From the NCBI GenBank assembly GCA_964633995.1, contig CAZWKN010000001.1:56218-120217 (forward strand): a stretch of 64,000 nucleotides of DNA. Direction: 5' to 3'. This stretch comes from an uncultured Gammaproteobacteria bacterium (GTDB taxonomy: Bacteria > Patescibacteriota > Microgenomatia > CAZETR01 > Amesbacteraceae). Shown piece by piece: positions 43,515-54,672 of the stretch. The first letter of the stretch is position 1; every line of letters begins with the position of its first letter. A program made the position numbers and the translations under genes. The notes under the pieces are model-generated. The model was given only the letters and a program-made list of their open reading frames with translations, had not been told where the DNA came from and did no database searches.

Positions 43515-44654
43515 ATGGCAACGTTTGTAATCTTTTTGGGACTTTTGTCTATTTTGGTTTTGATACATGAGTTGGGTCATTTTGTGGCGGCTAGGTTGTT
43601 TGGAGTGAAAGTGGAGGAGTTTGCTTTTGGATTACCGTTTACACCGCCGATTTTTAAGATAAAAAAGGGAGAGACCCAATATTCCATTTACCCTTTGGTG
43701 TTTGGTGGGTTTGTAAGGCTCCATGGAGAGGACCGTGAGGGGGACGATAAGAAACGATCATTTTGGAACAGGGGTAAAAAACAGAGATTGATGGTGATAC
43801 TTGCGGGAGTGATTATGAATGTAGTTTTGGGTTTTTCCGGCTTTATGATTTTGTATGGCATGGTTGGGGTTCCTGTGGCCAAAAAAGACAAAGTTACCAT
43901 TACTCAGGTCATTTTGGGGTCCCCGGCTGAAAAGGCGGGGGTAAGGGAAAATGACAGGATTTATTCAGTCGAAGGAAAAGAGATTGTGACCCTTGAGGAG
44001 TTTTCGAGACTAATGAAGTCGTGGGCCGGACTTACCGTCAATCTGGTGGTTGAACGAGGGACGACTACGCCTTTGTTTGAGGGTATTGCTGAAAAAAAAG
44101 TGGAAAGAAAGGCAATAGTGGTAACACCACGAGTCAATCCGCCTGCCGGTGAGGGAGCTTTGGGGGTGGGGATTGCCGCCTTCCCGTATTTGGAAACAAA
44201 AAAAGTCGGAGAGGTTTCCGGAGTTGAATTTGTAAAATTGGCGGTCGGGCAAAGTTTGGATAGCACTAAAATTTGGATGGGGAGAATCGTAGATGGACTT
44301 CGTAGTATTGGCCAGAGTTTGTCGAGAGGTAAAGCCCCGGAAGGGGTGTCCGGGCCGGTGGGAATTTATAAACTAACCGAGGTGGTTATCGCGGAAGGAT
44401 TGGCTCCGCTTCTGGAGCTTATGGCTATATTGTCGATTAATCTTGCGGTGTTTAATGTATTACCGATTCCAGCTTTGGATGGAGGTAGAGCACTGTTTAT
44501 AATTTTAGAGTGGGTAATGAAAAAACGAATTTCAGCTGCTACTGAACAAAAAGTTAATTCGTGGGGCATGGCGTTTTTGCTAGGACTTATGGTTTTGATA
44601 TCACTGCAGGATGTGGTGAGGTTGGGGTTTTTGGATAAACTAGTGGGGAAGTAG
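43515..44654 (+). CDS. rseP: RIP zinc metalloprotease RseP-like (site-2 protease with PDZ)
   Basis: HELGHFVAARLFGV in TM1, PDZ segment, C-terminal LDGG motif. Confidence 0.85.
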   Translation: MATFVIFLGLLSILVLIHELGHFVAARLFGVKVEEFAFGLPFTPPIFKIKKGETQYSIYPLVFGGFVRLHGEDREGDDKKRSFWNRGKKQRLMVILAGVIMNVVLGFSGFMILYGMVGVPVAKKDKVTITQVILGSPAEKAGVRENDRIYSVEGKEIVTLEEFSRLMKSWAGLTVNLVVERGTTTPLFEGIAEKKVERKAIVVTPRVNPPAGEGALGVGIAAFPYLETKKVGEVSGVEFVKLAVGQSLDSTKIWMGRIVDGLRSIGQSLSRGKAPEGVSGPVGIYKLTEVVIAEGLAPLLELMAILSINLAVFNVLPIPALDGGRALFIILEWVMKKRISAATEQKVNSWGMAFLLGLMVLISLQDVVRLGFLDKLVGK

Positions 44655-44678
44655 GTTTGGGTGTAAAATACGTATGGT

Positions 44679-44909
44679 ATGGGGAAAAGAAGAATCGCTG
44701 AAGGATATGCGAGGGACAAAGAGCGTCCATTGGTTGACTTTGTGACTCATTGCGGAAGAACGGACTGTTTTTTCGCCTGGATTTGTGTGCCGTTAAATTT
44801 GCTAAGGAGAATTGCCGCTATGGGTTGGTTTACTGACGAAGAGTTGCCTAGGTTGGAAGAACTTGCCGCGAAACAGTGTGGGGTGGCAAAGGATGATTTG
44901 AGATACTGA
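44679..44909 (+). CDS. Hypothetical small protein
   Basis: 76-aa ORF. Confidence 0.3.
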   Translation: MGKRRIAEGYARDKERPLVDFVTHCGRTDCFFAWICVPLNLLRRIAAMGWFTDEELPRLEELAAKQCGVAKDDLRY

Positions 44910-44910
44910 G

Positions 44911-45888
44911 ATGAGACTGGGTGAGTTTGATTACGAACTGCCGAAGGAGTTGATTGCTCAAGTGCCAGTGGAACCCCGGGATAGTAGTAGGTTGATGGTG
45001 GTAAGCCGAAACACGGGGAAAATCGAACATGATTATTTTTATAATTTGCCAAACTATTTAAATTCCTCTGACCTGATGGTTTTTAATGAAAGTAAAGTGT
45101 TTCCGGCAAGACTTTTTGGAAATAAAAAAACCGGAGGCAAGGTGGAAGTGCTACTACTTTCTAGGGTAGATAATACTAGTTGGAAATTTATTGGGAAAAA
45201 TCTACGAGGGGTTAGAGAGGTTGGGTTTGAAGGAAACTTGACTGCTAATATTGTTCGACCCGGGGTAATAAAATTTGATTGCGAAGATACCGAAATGATG
45301 CCTTTATTAAATCGGATTGGGTACACTCCGTTACCACCTTACATCATTACAAATCGCTTATCGCATAATGCGAATATAAGGCGAAGGTATCAGACGGTGT
45401 ATGCAAGGGATATGGGAAGTGCGGCGGCGCCGACGGCAGGACTGCATTTTACAAAGAAGTTAATTAAGAAATTAAGAGATTTAGAAATTCAGCAGGAGTT
45501 TGTAACTTTGCATGTGGGACTTGGAACCTTTTTACCCGTAAAAGCTGAAAATATTGAGGAACATAAAATGCACTCTGAATTTTTTAGAATAGACCAAGAA
45601 ACAAGAAACAAGATACAAACAGCAAAGAGGGTTGTAGCAGTTGGGACGACGAGTGTAAGGGTGCTGGAAAGTGATTGGTCGAAGAATGAAACTGATATTT
45701 TTATATATCCGGGTTATAAGTTTAAAAATGTTGGGGCAATGATAACTAATTTCCATTTGCCCAAGAGTTCGCTTTTGATGCTGGTGTCGGCATTTGCAGG
45801 GAAAGAATTGATTTTTGAGGCTTACCGTAAGGCCATAGAAGAAAAATATAGGTTTTTTAGTTTTGGGGATGCTATGATCATTTTATGA
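44911..45888 (+). CDS. queA: S-adenosylmethionine:tRNA ribosyltransferase-isomerase
   Basis: N-terminal MRLGEFDYELPKELIAQ and QueA family motifs. Confidence 0.9.
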   Translation: MRLGEFDYELPKELIAQVPVEPRDSSRLMVVSRNTGKIEHDYFYNLPNYLNSSDLMVFNESKVFPARLFGNKKTGGKVEVLLLSRVDNTSWKFIGKNLRGVREVGFEGNLTANIVRPGVIKFDCEDTEMMPLLNRIGYTPLPPYIITNRLSHNANIRRRYQTVYARDMGSAAAPTAGLHFTKKLIKKLRDLEIQQEFVTLHVGLGTFLPVKAENIEEHKMHSEFFRIDQETRNKIQTAKRVVAVGTTSVRVLESDWSKNETDIFIYPGYKFKNVGAMITNFHLPKSSLLMLVSAFAGKELIFEAYRKAIEEKYRFFSFGDAMIIL

Positions 45889-46067
45889 TCTCTGAAGACG
45901 AAACACGGAATGCATTTGTTGTTTTTTTCAGAAAATTATCAAGGGCGGGGCTGAATGGTGAAGCGGTGGGAGCAGCAATTGACGAACGGTCGGGAAGGTC
46001 GAATGGTATTGTAGCGACTGTTTTGACGTTGTTGGGGAAAGAAAGAAAAATGAGAGCAGCGAGGAGA

Positions 46068-47168
<1,101 letters not shown>

Positions 47169-47242
47169 TTAACTTGACAGAAACACGCAAAATATGGCAA
47201 TCTGGAGCTACTGAAAATTAGCTGTTAGTTGAATTGGACGCT

Positions 47243-47395
47243 ATGAAAAAAAGCAAAAACGACTTTTTTCTGATGGTGTTGCTGTCTTCCGCTGTTGTTC
47301 TGAGCGGGTTTGTGATATGGAGCAAGTTGGTGGGTTCAAAAAATGCTCCTGAGGTTGCTGGGGCGAAGACGGAACTAAGCACAAAAGGTCAATAA
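47243..47395 (+). CDS. Possible 50-aa single-TM small protein (below the track's length cutoff)
   Basis: ATG...TAA read manually: MKKSKNDFFLMVLLSSAVVLSGFVIWSKLVGSKNAPEVAGAKTELSTKGQ. Confidence 0.25.
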   Translation: MKKSKNDFFLMVLLSSAVVLSGFVIWSKLVGSKNAPEVAGAKTELSTKGQ

Positions 47396-47396
47396 T

Positions 47397-47405
47397 TGGT
47401 ATAAT
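47397..47405 (+). promoter_or_regulatory. Extended -10 promoter element (TGGTATAAT) upstream of rpsU
   Basis: TGnTATAAT about 30 nt before the rpsU start; GGAAGGA Shine-Dalgarno downstream. Confidence 0.35.
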
Positions 47406-47434
47406 GGCAGTGTAAGGAAGGACGGTGATTTTTA

Positions 47435-47620
47435 ATGGCCACTATTGTGCGCAAGAAACCAGGTCAATCAGAAGATAAACTTATTGCCGATTTTCGAAAA
47501 AAAGTTCTCAACGACGAGATTCTTTTGGAGCTTAAAAAGAAGGAGTTTTATAAAAAACCTTCTTTGGTAAAGCAAGAAAAGTTAAAAGAACGTCGAAAAG
47601 GAAAGCGGAGAGTCTATTGA
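47435..47620 (+). CDS. rpsU: 30S ribosomal protein S21
   Basis: MATIVRKKPGQSEDKLIADFRKK... typical S21. Confidence 0.85.
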   Translation: MATIVRKKPGQSEDKLIADFRKKVLNDEILLELKKKEFYKKPSLVKQEKLKERRKGKRRVY

Positions 47621-48051
47621 TGTTTGACCGAATTAGGACTGATTTAACACTCGCAATGAAAGCGTCTGATGCGCTGGTTGTGTCGGTGCTTAGGATGCTG
47701 TTGTCCGAGTTAAATTACAAAAAAATAGATCTTCAGCGCGATTTGGTGGACGATGATGTGTTGGCCGTATTGGCTCGGGAAGTAAAAAAACGTCGGGAGT
47801 CTATTGAATCTTACACTGCGGGTGGCCGGATGGAGCAAGCTGAGCAAGAAAGATTGGAACTGGCTATTTTGCAAAAATATATGCCGAAGATGATGAGTGA
47901 GGATGAGGTGAGAGAAGAGATTAAGCGATTAAGCGAGAAAGAGATTAAGGGGTTGAGTGATTTTGGGCAGATAATGCGTGTGGTGTCGCCCCTGTTTAAG
48001 GGCAGGGCGGAAGGGTCTGTGGTGGCTAAGATTGTAAAAGAGCTGACATGA
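47617..48051 (+). CDS. GatB/YqeY domain protein
   Basis: YqeY-family sequence; conserved position after rpsU. Confidence 0.75.
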   Translation: MMFDRIRTDLTLAMKASDALVVSVLRMLLSELNYKKIDLQRDLVDDDVLAVLAREVKKRRESIESYTAGGRMEQAEQERLELAILQKYMPKMMSEDEVREEIKRLSEKEIKGLSDFGQIMRVVSPLFKGRAEGSVVAKIVKELT

Positions 48052-48416
48052 TAGCAGTTTCGATCACATCAGAATCGAGATACAAATTTGACAGGAAGAT
48101 GGTGAGAGAGGTGGTAAATACAACTCTTATGGCGCATGGAGTTACGGGAGATGTAGAGGTGGGGGTGGGTATGGTAGGTGAGAGAAAAATGAAACTATTG
48201 CACAAAAAGTACATGGAAACCGAGGAGACAACAGATGTGTTGTCCTTTCCAATAGGTGATAGATACCCCGACGGGCGATTAATAATGGGCGATATTGTGG
48301 TTTGTTATCCAGTGGCCGTAAAACAAGCTATGGAAAACAATAGGAGGGTAGACGAAGAGATCGCTTTTTTAGTAGAACACTCCTGTCTGCATCTACTTGG
48401 AATTCACCATGAGTGA
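48048..48416 (+). CDS. ybeY: Endoribonuclease YbeY (rRNA maturation)
   Basis: The C-terminal HSCLHLLGIHHE motif matches HxxxHLxGxDH. Confidence 0.8.
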   Translation: MIAVSITSESRYKFDRKMVREVVNTTLMAHGVTGDVEVGVGMVGERKMKLLHKKYMETEETTDVLSFPIGDRYPDGRLIMGDIVVCYPVAVKQAMENNRRVDEEIAFLVEHSCLHLLGIHHE

Positions 48417-48417
48417 G

Positions 48418-48606
48418 TCAGGTGAAAAGAAAATAAAGACCTAGTAAGGACACAAATAATCCGAAAATAGTGAGCAGTATCCGCCAAAGTAATGCCTTGG
48501 TAGTTTCTTTGGTAATGCTTTTTTGGGTGACAATATATCTTAGTCCGTATACAGTTGGAACAAGGCCGCAGATAAGGCAAATTATCGATAAAACACGATC
48601 AAGCAT
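48418..48606 (-). CDS. Small hypothetical 2-TM protein
   Basis: 62-aa hydrophobic ORF. Confidence 0.3.
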   Translation of the reverse strand: MLDRVLSIICLICGLVPTVYGLRYIVTQKSITKETTKALLWRILLTIFGLFVSLLGLYFLFT

Positions 48607-48658
48607 TTAACTAGTGTAGCATTTATTTTCTACTTTTTTTCTTTATACTGATAGGCGA

Positions 48659-50053
48659 ATGCAAACCTTTTACTTAAAATATCGACCGGCAAGAATAGCT
48701 GATTTAGATTTGGTATCGGTCCGAAATTTGTTAACATCCATGTTGTCTTCCGGAAATTTTCCACACGCTTGGTTGTTTACCGGACCCAGAGGTACCGGGA
48801 AAACTTCGTCGGCTAGGATTTTAGCAAAGGCAATTAACTGTATTGATCGGCAAGGAAGCGAGCCGTGTGGAAAGTGCGAGTCGTGTGTAACTATTGCGTC
48901 TGGTAGTTCGGTGGATGTGATAGAAATCGATGCGGCTTCGAATCGGGGGATTGATGATATTAGACAGCTTCGTGAACAGGTGGGGCTATCGCCCATGAAA
49001 GCCAAATACAAGGTGTATGTGATAGACGAGGTACACATGTTGACTACCGAGGCTGCCAATGCCTTGTTGAAGACCTTGGAAGAACCACCGGCTTACGTGG
49101 TGTTTGTGTTGTGTACTACTGATCCAGAAAAATTACCAGAGACGGTAGTATCAAGGTGTACACGGGTCCATTTCCTTAAACCCACTATGGTTGAGGCCGT
49201 GGCTTCGCTTGCAAAAGTGGTGACAGGTGAAAAGATGAAAGTTGCTCGAGAGGAATTGGAATTAGTGGCCAAATCAGCAAAGGGAAGTTTTAGAGATGCG
49301 ACAAAAATCTTGGAGCAGGTGTCATTGTCTGGGATGGACGTTAAACAAGTATTGGGACTTTTGGAAGTAGCGGATCCTGAGAAGTTTGTAGATTTATTAA
49401 TCGCGGGTAGTGTAGACGATGGTTTGAAGACAGTTGCAGCTATTTCGGAATCCGGGGTGGCTCTTAGGGGGTTTGTGGAGCGGGTAGTAGAAGTGGCGAG
49501 AAAGAGATTGTTGGCCGATTTGGCCGAAAAAGATAAATGGTTAAAAATAATTTCGGATTTAGATTTGGCATATGATCAGATGAGAACCGCGACGGTAGTC
49601 TCTTTGCCATTGGAAATAGTGGTAATAGAGAATTGCAAAACTTCAAAAAATCAGGAAATAAAGGTCCAGGATCCACCCGTGGTTGCCAAAAATACAACAA
49701 TAAATAACTCACGGCCAGATGTTGGTACTGACGATTTGAAGCAAAAATGGCCAGAGGTGTTAAAAGCCGTTAGGCCGATGAATCATTCGGTTGAGGCGTT
49801 ACTTAAGTCCACGCGCGTAGTCAATTTTGACGGGCGGGTTTTGACACTGGAAGTCTTTTATACGTTTCATAAAGACAAACTGGAGACAGAGAAGTGCAGA
49901 AAAATAGTAATTGATGCAGTTTCCGCAGTTATGGGATCAGGAGCGGTGAACTTAAAATTAATTCAATCTATCGGAGCAAAGAAGCCGACGGTCGAAGACT
50001 TGGCGACGGTTGCCGAGAACATTTTTGTTGACAAGAAGGTGGGTAGTGCGTAG
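48659..50053 (+). CDS. dnaX: DNA polymerase III subunit gamma/tau
   Basis: AAA+ GPRGTGKTS, a CxxC zinc module, and a sensor-1/2 arrangement. Confidence 0.9.
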   Translation: MQTFYLKYRPARIADLDLVSVRNLLTSMLSSGNFPHAWLFTGPRGTGKTSSARILAKAINCIDRQGSEPCGKCESCVTIASGSSVDVIEIDAASNRGIDDIRQLREQVGLSPMKAKYKVYVIDEVHMLTTEAANALLKTLEEPPAYVVFVLCTTDPEKLPETVVSRCTRVHFLKPTMVEAVASLAKVVTGEKMKVAREELELVAKSAKGSFRDATKILEQVSLSGMDVKQVLGLLEVADPEKFVDLLIAGSVDDGLKTVAAISESGVALRGFVERVVEVARKRLLADLAEKDKWLKIISDLDLAYDQMRTATVVSLPLEIVVIENCKTSKNQEIKVQDPPVVAKNTTINNSRPDVGTDDLKQKWPEVLKAVRPMNHSVEALLKSTRVVNFDGRVLTLEVFYTFHKDKLETEKCRKIVIDAVSAVMGSGAVNLKLIQSIGAKKPTVEDLATVAENIFVDKKVGSA

Positions 50054-50062
50054 AATTGCGGT

Positions 50063-50332
50063 ATGGGTATCGGTGATGCATTTGGAAAATTGGGTGATCT
50101 AAATAAGCTTCGACAGCAGGCCATGACGATACAGAAGAATTTGTCGGCCCAACAAATCACTGTCGAAGAGAACGGTGTGAGGATTGTTATTTCTGGTGAC
50201 CAGAGGATTTTGGAACTTGAAATATCTGGGATGTCAAATGACGTTTTGAACGACGTTTTGAATAAAGCTATCAGAAAGAGCCAGGAATTGGCCGCTAAAG
50301 AGCTGATGAATATCTCTGGTGGGCAAATGTAG
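50063..50332 (+). CDS. ybaB: Nucleoid-associated protein YbaB/EbfC
   Basis: 89 aa; YbaB pattern; conserved dnaX-ybaB-recR order. Confidence 0.85.
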   Translation: MGIGDAFGKLGDLNKLRQQAMTIQKNLSAQQITVEENGVRIVISGDQRILELEISGMSNDVLNDVLNKAIRKSQELAAKELMNISGGQM

Positions 50333-50346
50333 GGTAAAATAGGGGG

Positions 50347-50952
50347 GTGAGAGTAGCAAAAGCGGTTACCAATTTGATTGAGGCATTTGAGCGGTTGCCG
50401 GGTATAGGGCCTAAATCTGCGGCTAGGTTGGCTTATTACTTGTTACATGTCCCCCAGGGTGAATTGGACAAGTTTTCTGAGGCGGTTAAACAATTAAAAA
50501 CCATGACTAGGGAGTGCTCTGTGTGTCACAACATAGCAGAATCTGACCCCTGCGACATATGTAGTGACTATTCCAGGGATAAAACTACTATATGTGTGGT
50601 TGAGCAGCCCCTAGATGTCCTGGCAATGGAGAGAGGGGGCAAGTATAAGGGGGTTTACCATGTATTGAGTGGGGTAATTGACCCGTTGCACAATATCGGA
50701 CCGGAGGAGATAAAGATCGGAGAGTTAATGAAGAGATTAAGTGATTCAGAAGTAAAGGAGATTATTTTGGCTCTGAACCCAAACATGGAGGGAGAGGCGA
50801 CTAGTATGTATATTGTGAGGCAGTTGAAAATTGACAATGGACAATTAAAAATTACTAGGTTGGCGCATGGGTTGCCGGTGGGAGCGGATATTGAATACGC
50901 TGATGAGGTAACACTCTCAAGGGCGCTTTCTGGGAGGGTAGCCTATGATTAA
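50347..50952 (+). CDS. recR: Recombination protein RecR
   Basis: HhH LPGIGPKSAARL, C4 zinc finger, Toprim. Confidence 0.9.
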   Translation: MRVAKAVTNLIEAFERLPGIGPKSAARLAYYLLHVPQGELDKFSEAVKQLKTMTRECSVCHNIAESDPCDICSDYSRDKTTICVVEQPLDVLAMERGGKYKGVYHVLSGVIDPLHNIGPEEIKIGELMKRLSDSEVKEIILALNPNMEGEATSMYIVRQLKIDNGQLKITRLAHGLPVGADIEYADEVTLSRALSGRVAYD

Positions 50953-51940
50953 GCCCGTGGCTGTGGTGGCTGGTGATGTAGTGGGGGTAATTGCTCCTTC
51001 GGACGCAGTGGATAGGTCAAGCGTACAAAAAAGTGCCGAGATTATTGAGAACTGGGGACTAAAAGTTAAGTGGGGAAAACATGTATTTGCCAAAGTGGGA
51101 GATTTTATGGCGGGTACTGCCGAAGAAAGGCAGGAAGACCTAAGATCAATGATCTTTGATCCTGAAATCAAGGTCATTTGGGCGGCAACTGGTGGATATG
51201 CTGCTACGGAAGTATTGCCGGTATTTAACAAAGAGACTATTGAATTCTTGAAAAAAAATCCGAAATGGTTTGTGGGATACAGTGACATATGTTTGTTTTT
51301 AAATGCTTTGCTTTCGTACAACATAGTGTCTTTAATGGGGCCGTCGGTGTGGGGGCTTCCTGGTTGGGATAGTTTTTCCCAAGAGTTTGTAAGGAAGATG
51401 CTGTTTGGCGAAAAAGTCGACGGTTTTCCACTTAAGTCTAACTGGCAGCCTGCATTTATGGGGGAGGCGGAGGGTAAATTGGTGGCGGCTGATTTGGAAA
51501 CACTTTTGTTTTCATTTGGAACCAGATTTGATCCACTGATGTATGGTTCGTCGGACGTGATACTTGGAATTGAGGAGTTGGATATCGAAAAAAGCACATT
51601 ACAGCGCCAAATTGACGTTATTTTTAACCATAAGAAAGTTGAGAGAATCAAGGGCATGATTGTGGGCAGATTGGTAAATATTAAAGAAGTATCGTATCCG
51701 GAATGGGGTAAAAAAATGTCGGTTAGAGAATTGGTAATGAGTCGGGTGAAGCACGCTGGAATACCGATGGCCTTTTGTGATGATTTTGGACATGCAGAAT
51801 GGGATTATCCTCCATTTGAGGAAATCAAAAAGTTTTTTTACAACCGGAGATTTTTAACAGTTCCAAATGGAATAATGGCAAAATTAACTGTTGCCGAAAA
51901 GGATACAAAGCTCCAATTTTTAGAGAGTATTTGTGGTTGA
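50945..51940 (+). CDS. LD-carboxypeptidase (peptidase S66, LdcA/MccF-like)
   Basis: N-terminal GDVVGVIAPS pattern and overall S66 length. Confidence 0.6.
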   Translation: MIKPVAVVAGDVVGVIAPSDAVDRSSVQKSAEIIENWGLKVKWGKHVFAKVGDFMAGTAEERQEDLRSMIFDPEIKVIWAATGGYAATEVLPVFNKETIEFLKKNPKWFVGYSDICLFLNALLSYNIVSLMGPSVWGLPGWDSFSQEFVRKMLFGEKVDGFPLKSNWQPAFMGEAEGKLVAADLETLLFSFGTRFDPLMYGSSDVILGIEELDIEKSTLQRQIDVIFNHKKVERIKGMIVGRLVNIKEVSYPEWGKKMSVRELVMSRVKHAGIPMAFCDDFGHAEWDYPPFEEIKKFFYNRRFLTVPNGIMAKLTVAEKDTKLQFLESICG

Positions 51941-52140
51941 GAGATCGCCACGCCCGCCTGCGGTGAGGCTTTGCAATGACACGATTTTAAAACCTCACCC
52001 TCATTCCCTCTCCTGAATTCAGGAGAGGGAGGCCATTTGTTTTTTGTCATTGCGAATGTAATGAAGCAATCTAGTTTGAGATCGCCACGCTTTCGCCTGC
52101 CTGCCGGCAGGCAGGCGATGACAACGCAGAAACCCGTGAT
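51941..52140. repeat. Composite intergenic repeat region
   Basis: Visible in sequence: 13-bp direct repeats GAGATCGCCACGC at 51941 and 52078; an inverted pair GCAATGACA/TGTCATTGC; copy 2 of the folD palindromic element at 51993-52032; a perfect 24-bp palindrome CGCCTGCCTGCCGGCAGGCAGGCG at 52094-52117. Confidence 0.6.
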
Positions 52141-52150
52141 ATCATAAGTT

Positions 52151-52582
52151 ATGGCAGTAAGAAATGTGTTTCAGAATCCATTTGAGTCGATCGAGGGCAT
52201 TGCCAAGGCAGCTGTTCCTCCGATAAAAAAGGCGGTAAAGGCAGTAGTACAGGACGCAAAACAACAATTGACGGGTGAGTATTCTGCGCAAAATGAGACT
52301 CCGGGCGGGGTAAAGGAGATTCCGGTGTATGAGCAGAAACAAATCGAGGATGATTCCAAAAGACTGTTGGACGAGACCAGAATGCGGCTTGAGAGAATAA
52401 ATGCAGATATCAAAAGGGCGCGGGAGCAAAGACTTTCCAAAATTCAGCAAAAAGAGCAGGCTAAGGCCCAAGAAAAACAGAAGAAGGAGTTTGAACAGAA
52501 AAAGAAAGACGAGGATCCGGCATGGAAAAAAATGCTCAAAGGTAAAACCGGGTCAAGAGAGGCCGGACGGGGTAGTGGATGA
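52151..52582 (+). CDS. Hypothetical Lys/Glu-rich coiled-coil protein
   Basis: 143-aa ORF. Confidence 0.35.
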   Translation: MAVRNVFQNPFESIEGIAKAAVPPIKKAVKAVVQDAKQQLTGEYSAQNETPGGVKEIPVYEQKQIEDDSKRLLDETRMRLERINADIKRAREQRLSKIQQKEQAKAQEKQKKEFEQKKKDEDPAWKKMLKGKTGSREAGRGSG

Positions 52583-52626
52583 TTTGCTACTATACAAACC
52601 CCTTGGGGACTGTATAATCATGAGTA

Positions 52627-53031
52627 ATGCAAAATAGATTGTATGTAGGTGGACTTTCCTGGGGGACGACTGATGATTCATTGGCCGCTGCTTTTTCACA
52701 GGCTGGTAACGTAGCATCGGCTAAAGTAATTGTAGATCGTATGACCGGCAGGTCAAAGGGATTTGGGTTTGTGGAGATGGCGTCGGAAGCTGAGGCACAA
52801 AAGGCGATTGAGATGTTTAATGGCCAAATATTGGATGGCAGAAACATTACGGTAAATATAGCTAGACCAATGGAAGACAGGCCTCCGAGAACTGGTGGAT
52901 TTGACCGAGGGCCAAGAGATTTTAACCGTGGAAGTAGGGGAAATTTTGATAGCCGTGGTGGAAATGGAAGCGGATTTAGAGGTGGGAACAGAAATAGCGG
53001 TGGGAGTGGATTTAGGCGCGGATCTAGGTAA
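52627..53031 (+). CDS. RRM-type RNA-binding protein with a Gly/Arg-rich tail
   Basis: RNP2 LYVGGL and RNP1 KGFGFVEM motifs. Confidence 0.8.
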   Translation: MQNRLYVGGLSWGTTDDSLAAAFSQAGNVASAKVIVDRMTGRSKGFGFVEMASEAEAQKAIEMFNGQILDGRNITVNIARPMEDRPPRTGGFDRGPRDFNRGSRGNFDSRGGNGSGFRGGNRNSGGSGFRRGSR

Positions 53032-53256
53032 TCTTTTCTTTTTTGCAGTATTTTTTACGGAGGACTTCTGTGTCTGCGTGCGGCTGTATAAGATCGGAAA
53101 TTGATTGAGTTAGCCTTGCTATTGAAAGAAAAAGTGAGGCCAAAGCTGTGTTGCCAACGGCCCTGTGTTTCTCTGATCTTTCTGTTAATCTTGACCAAGT
53201 ACGATTGGATTTTTTTAGTAATTCAAGAATGGCCATGGGTGTATTATACTGGTATT

Positions 53257-54672
53257 ATGCGTATTTTCAATTCTTTGAGTCGTGAAGTCGAGGATTTGGT
53301 GCCGGTTAGAGCTGGGAAAATCGGAATGTATACTTGTGGTCCGACTGTATATGACTATGATCACATTGGGCATGGCAGGAAATATACATACGATGATTTG
53401 CTAAGAAGGACATTGGTGTACAACGGTTTTGAAGTAATGCATGTGCAAAATATAACTGACGTGGGACATTTGGTATCCGACGCCGATGAGGGTGAGGATA
53501 AACTGGAAAAAGGGGCCAGAAAAACCGGCAAGACAGCTTTTGATGTGGCTAGGTTTTTTACTGACGCGCATTTTGCATCTATGGATTTGTTAAATATCCT
53601 AAGACCTTCGATTTCATGTAAGGCCACAGACCATATTGCTGAGCAGGTGCAGTTGGTGCAAAAGCTTTTGGATAAGGGGTTTGCATATGAAACACCCGAG
53701 GCTGTGTATTTTGACGTATCAAAATTTCCACGATATGAAAGTTTGTTCGGAAAGCGGGTTATTTCAGATAAGCAGGTGGCGGTGCGGGATGAAGTCCAAA
53801 CCGGTGAACATAAAAAAAGTCCTGAAGATTTTGCGTTGTGGTTTAAGCGGGTAGGAAGATTTTTGGATCATAGCATGCATTGGGATAGTCCATTTGGAGA
53901 TGGGTTTCCAGGATGGCACATTGAGTGCTCTGCTATGGCCATGAAGTATTTGGGGGAGACGTTTGATATTCATACCGGGGGTGAAGATCATTTGCCAATT
54001 CACCATCCCAATGAAATTGCTCAATCTGAAGCGGCGACCGGTAAGGTATTTGCTAAATATTGGGTTCACTATGCTTTTCTGACAGTGGACGGGACAAAGA
54101 TGAGCAAGTCGTTGGGTAATTATTACCGGGTAGAAGATGTGGTGTCTAAGGGATTTAACCCATTGGCTTTGAGGTATTTATACCTGACCGCTCACTATCG
54201 GAAGCCCTTGAATTTTACCTGGTCCAGCCTGGCCTCGGCCCAGACGGCATTGGATAAGTTAGTTCAATTTGTCAGAGATACTAGATCTAAGATGTTGGAT
54301 GCTAGTAGGACCGAGTTGTCTAGGGAAAAATTGAAAAAATTGGATGGATTTCGGGCGAAATTTTTGGAAGCGATAAATGATGACTTGGGTTTCCCGCAGG
54401 GTTTAGCTGTGGTGTGGGAAATGTTAAAAAGTAATATTCCTGATTATGACAAGCTGGATCAACTATTGGATTGGGATGAAGTGTTGGGATTGGGTTTATC
54501 TAAAATTGGAGAAGATGTGGTGCCAGAGGATGTAAAAAAAATTGGGATAGAAAGAGAAGTGTTGCGTAATTTGGGAAAGTTTGTGGAGGCGGATAATTTG
54601 AGGATGCAGATTGAGCAAATGGGATTTACAATAAAAGATACTGCCAATGGAACAATTTACGCTAAGAAATAA
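53257..54672 (+). CDS. cysS: Cysteine--tRNA ligase
   Basis: HIGH region (HIGHGRKY) and KMSKS. The start was chosen at the internal ATG 53257 (MRIFNSLSRE...) by homology. Confidence 0.9.
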   Translation: MRIFNSLSREVEDLVPVRAGKIGMYTCGPTVYDYDHIGHGRKYTYDDLLRRTLVYNGFEVMHVQNITDVGHLVSDADEGEDKLEKGARKTGKTAFDVARFFTDAHFASMDLLNILRPSISCKATDHIAEQVQLVQKLLDKGFAYETPEAVYFDVSKFPRYESLFGKRVISDKQVAVRDEVQTGEHKKSPEDFALWFKRVGRFLDHSMHWDSPFGDGFPGWHIECSAMAMKYLGETFDIHTGGEDHLPIHHPNEIAQSEAATGKVFAKYWVHYAFLTVDGTKMSKSLGNYYRVEDVVSKGFNPLALRYLYLTAHYRKPLNFTWSSLASAQTALDKLVQFVRDTRSKMLDASRTELSREKLKKLDGFRAKFLEAINDDLGFPQGLAVVWEMLKSNIPDYDKLDQLLDWDEVLGLGLSKIGEDVVPEDVKKIGIEREVLRNLGKFVEADNLRMQIEQMGFTIKDTANGTIYAKK

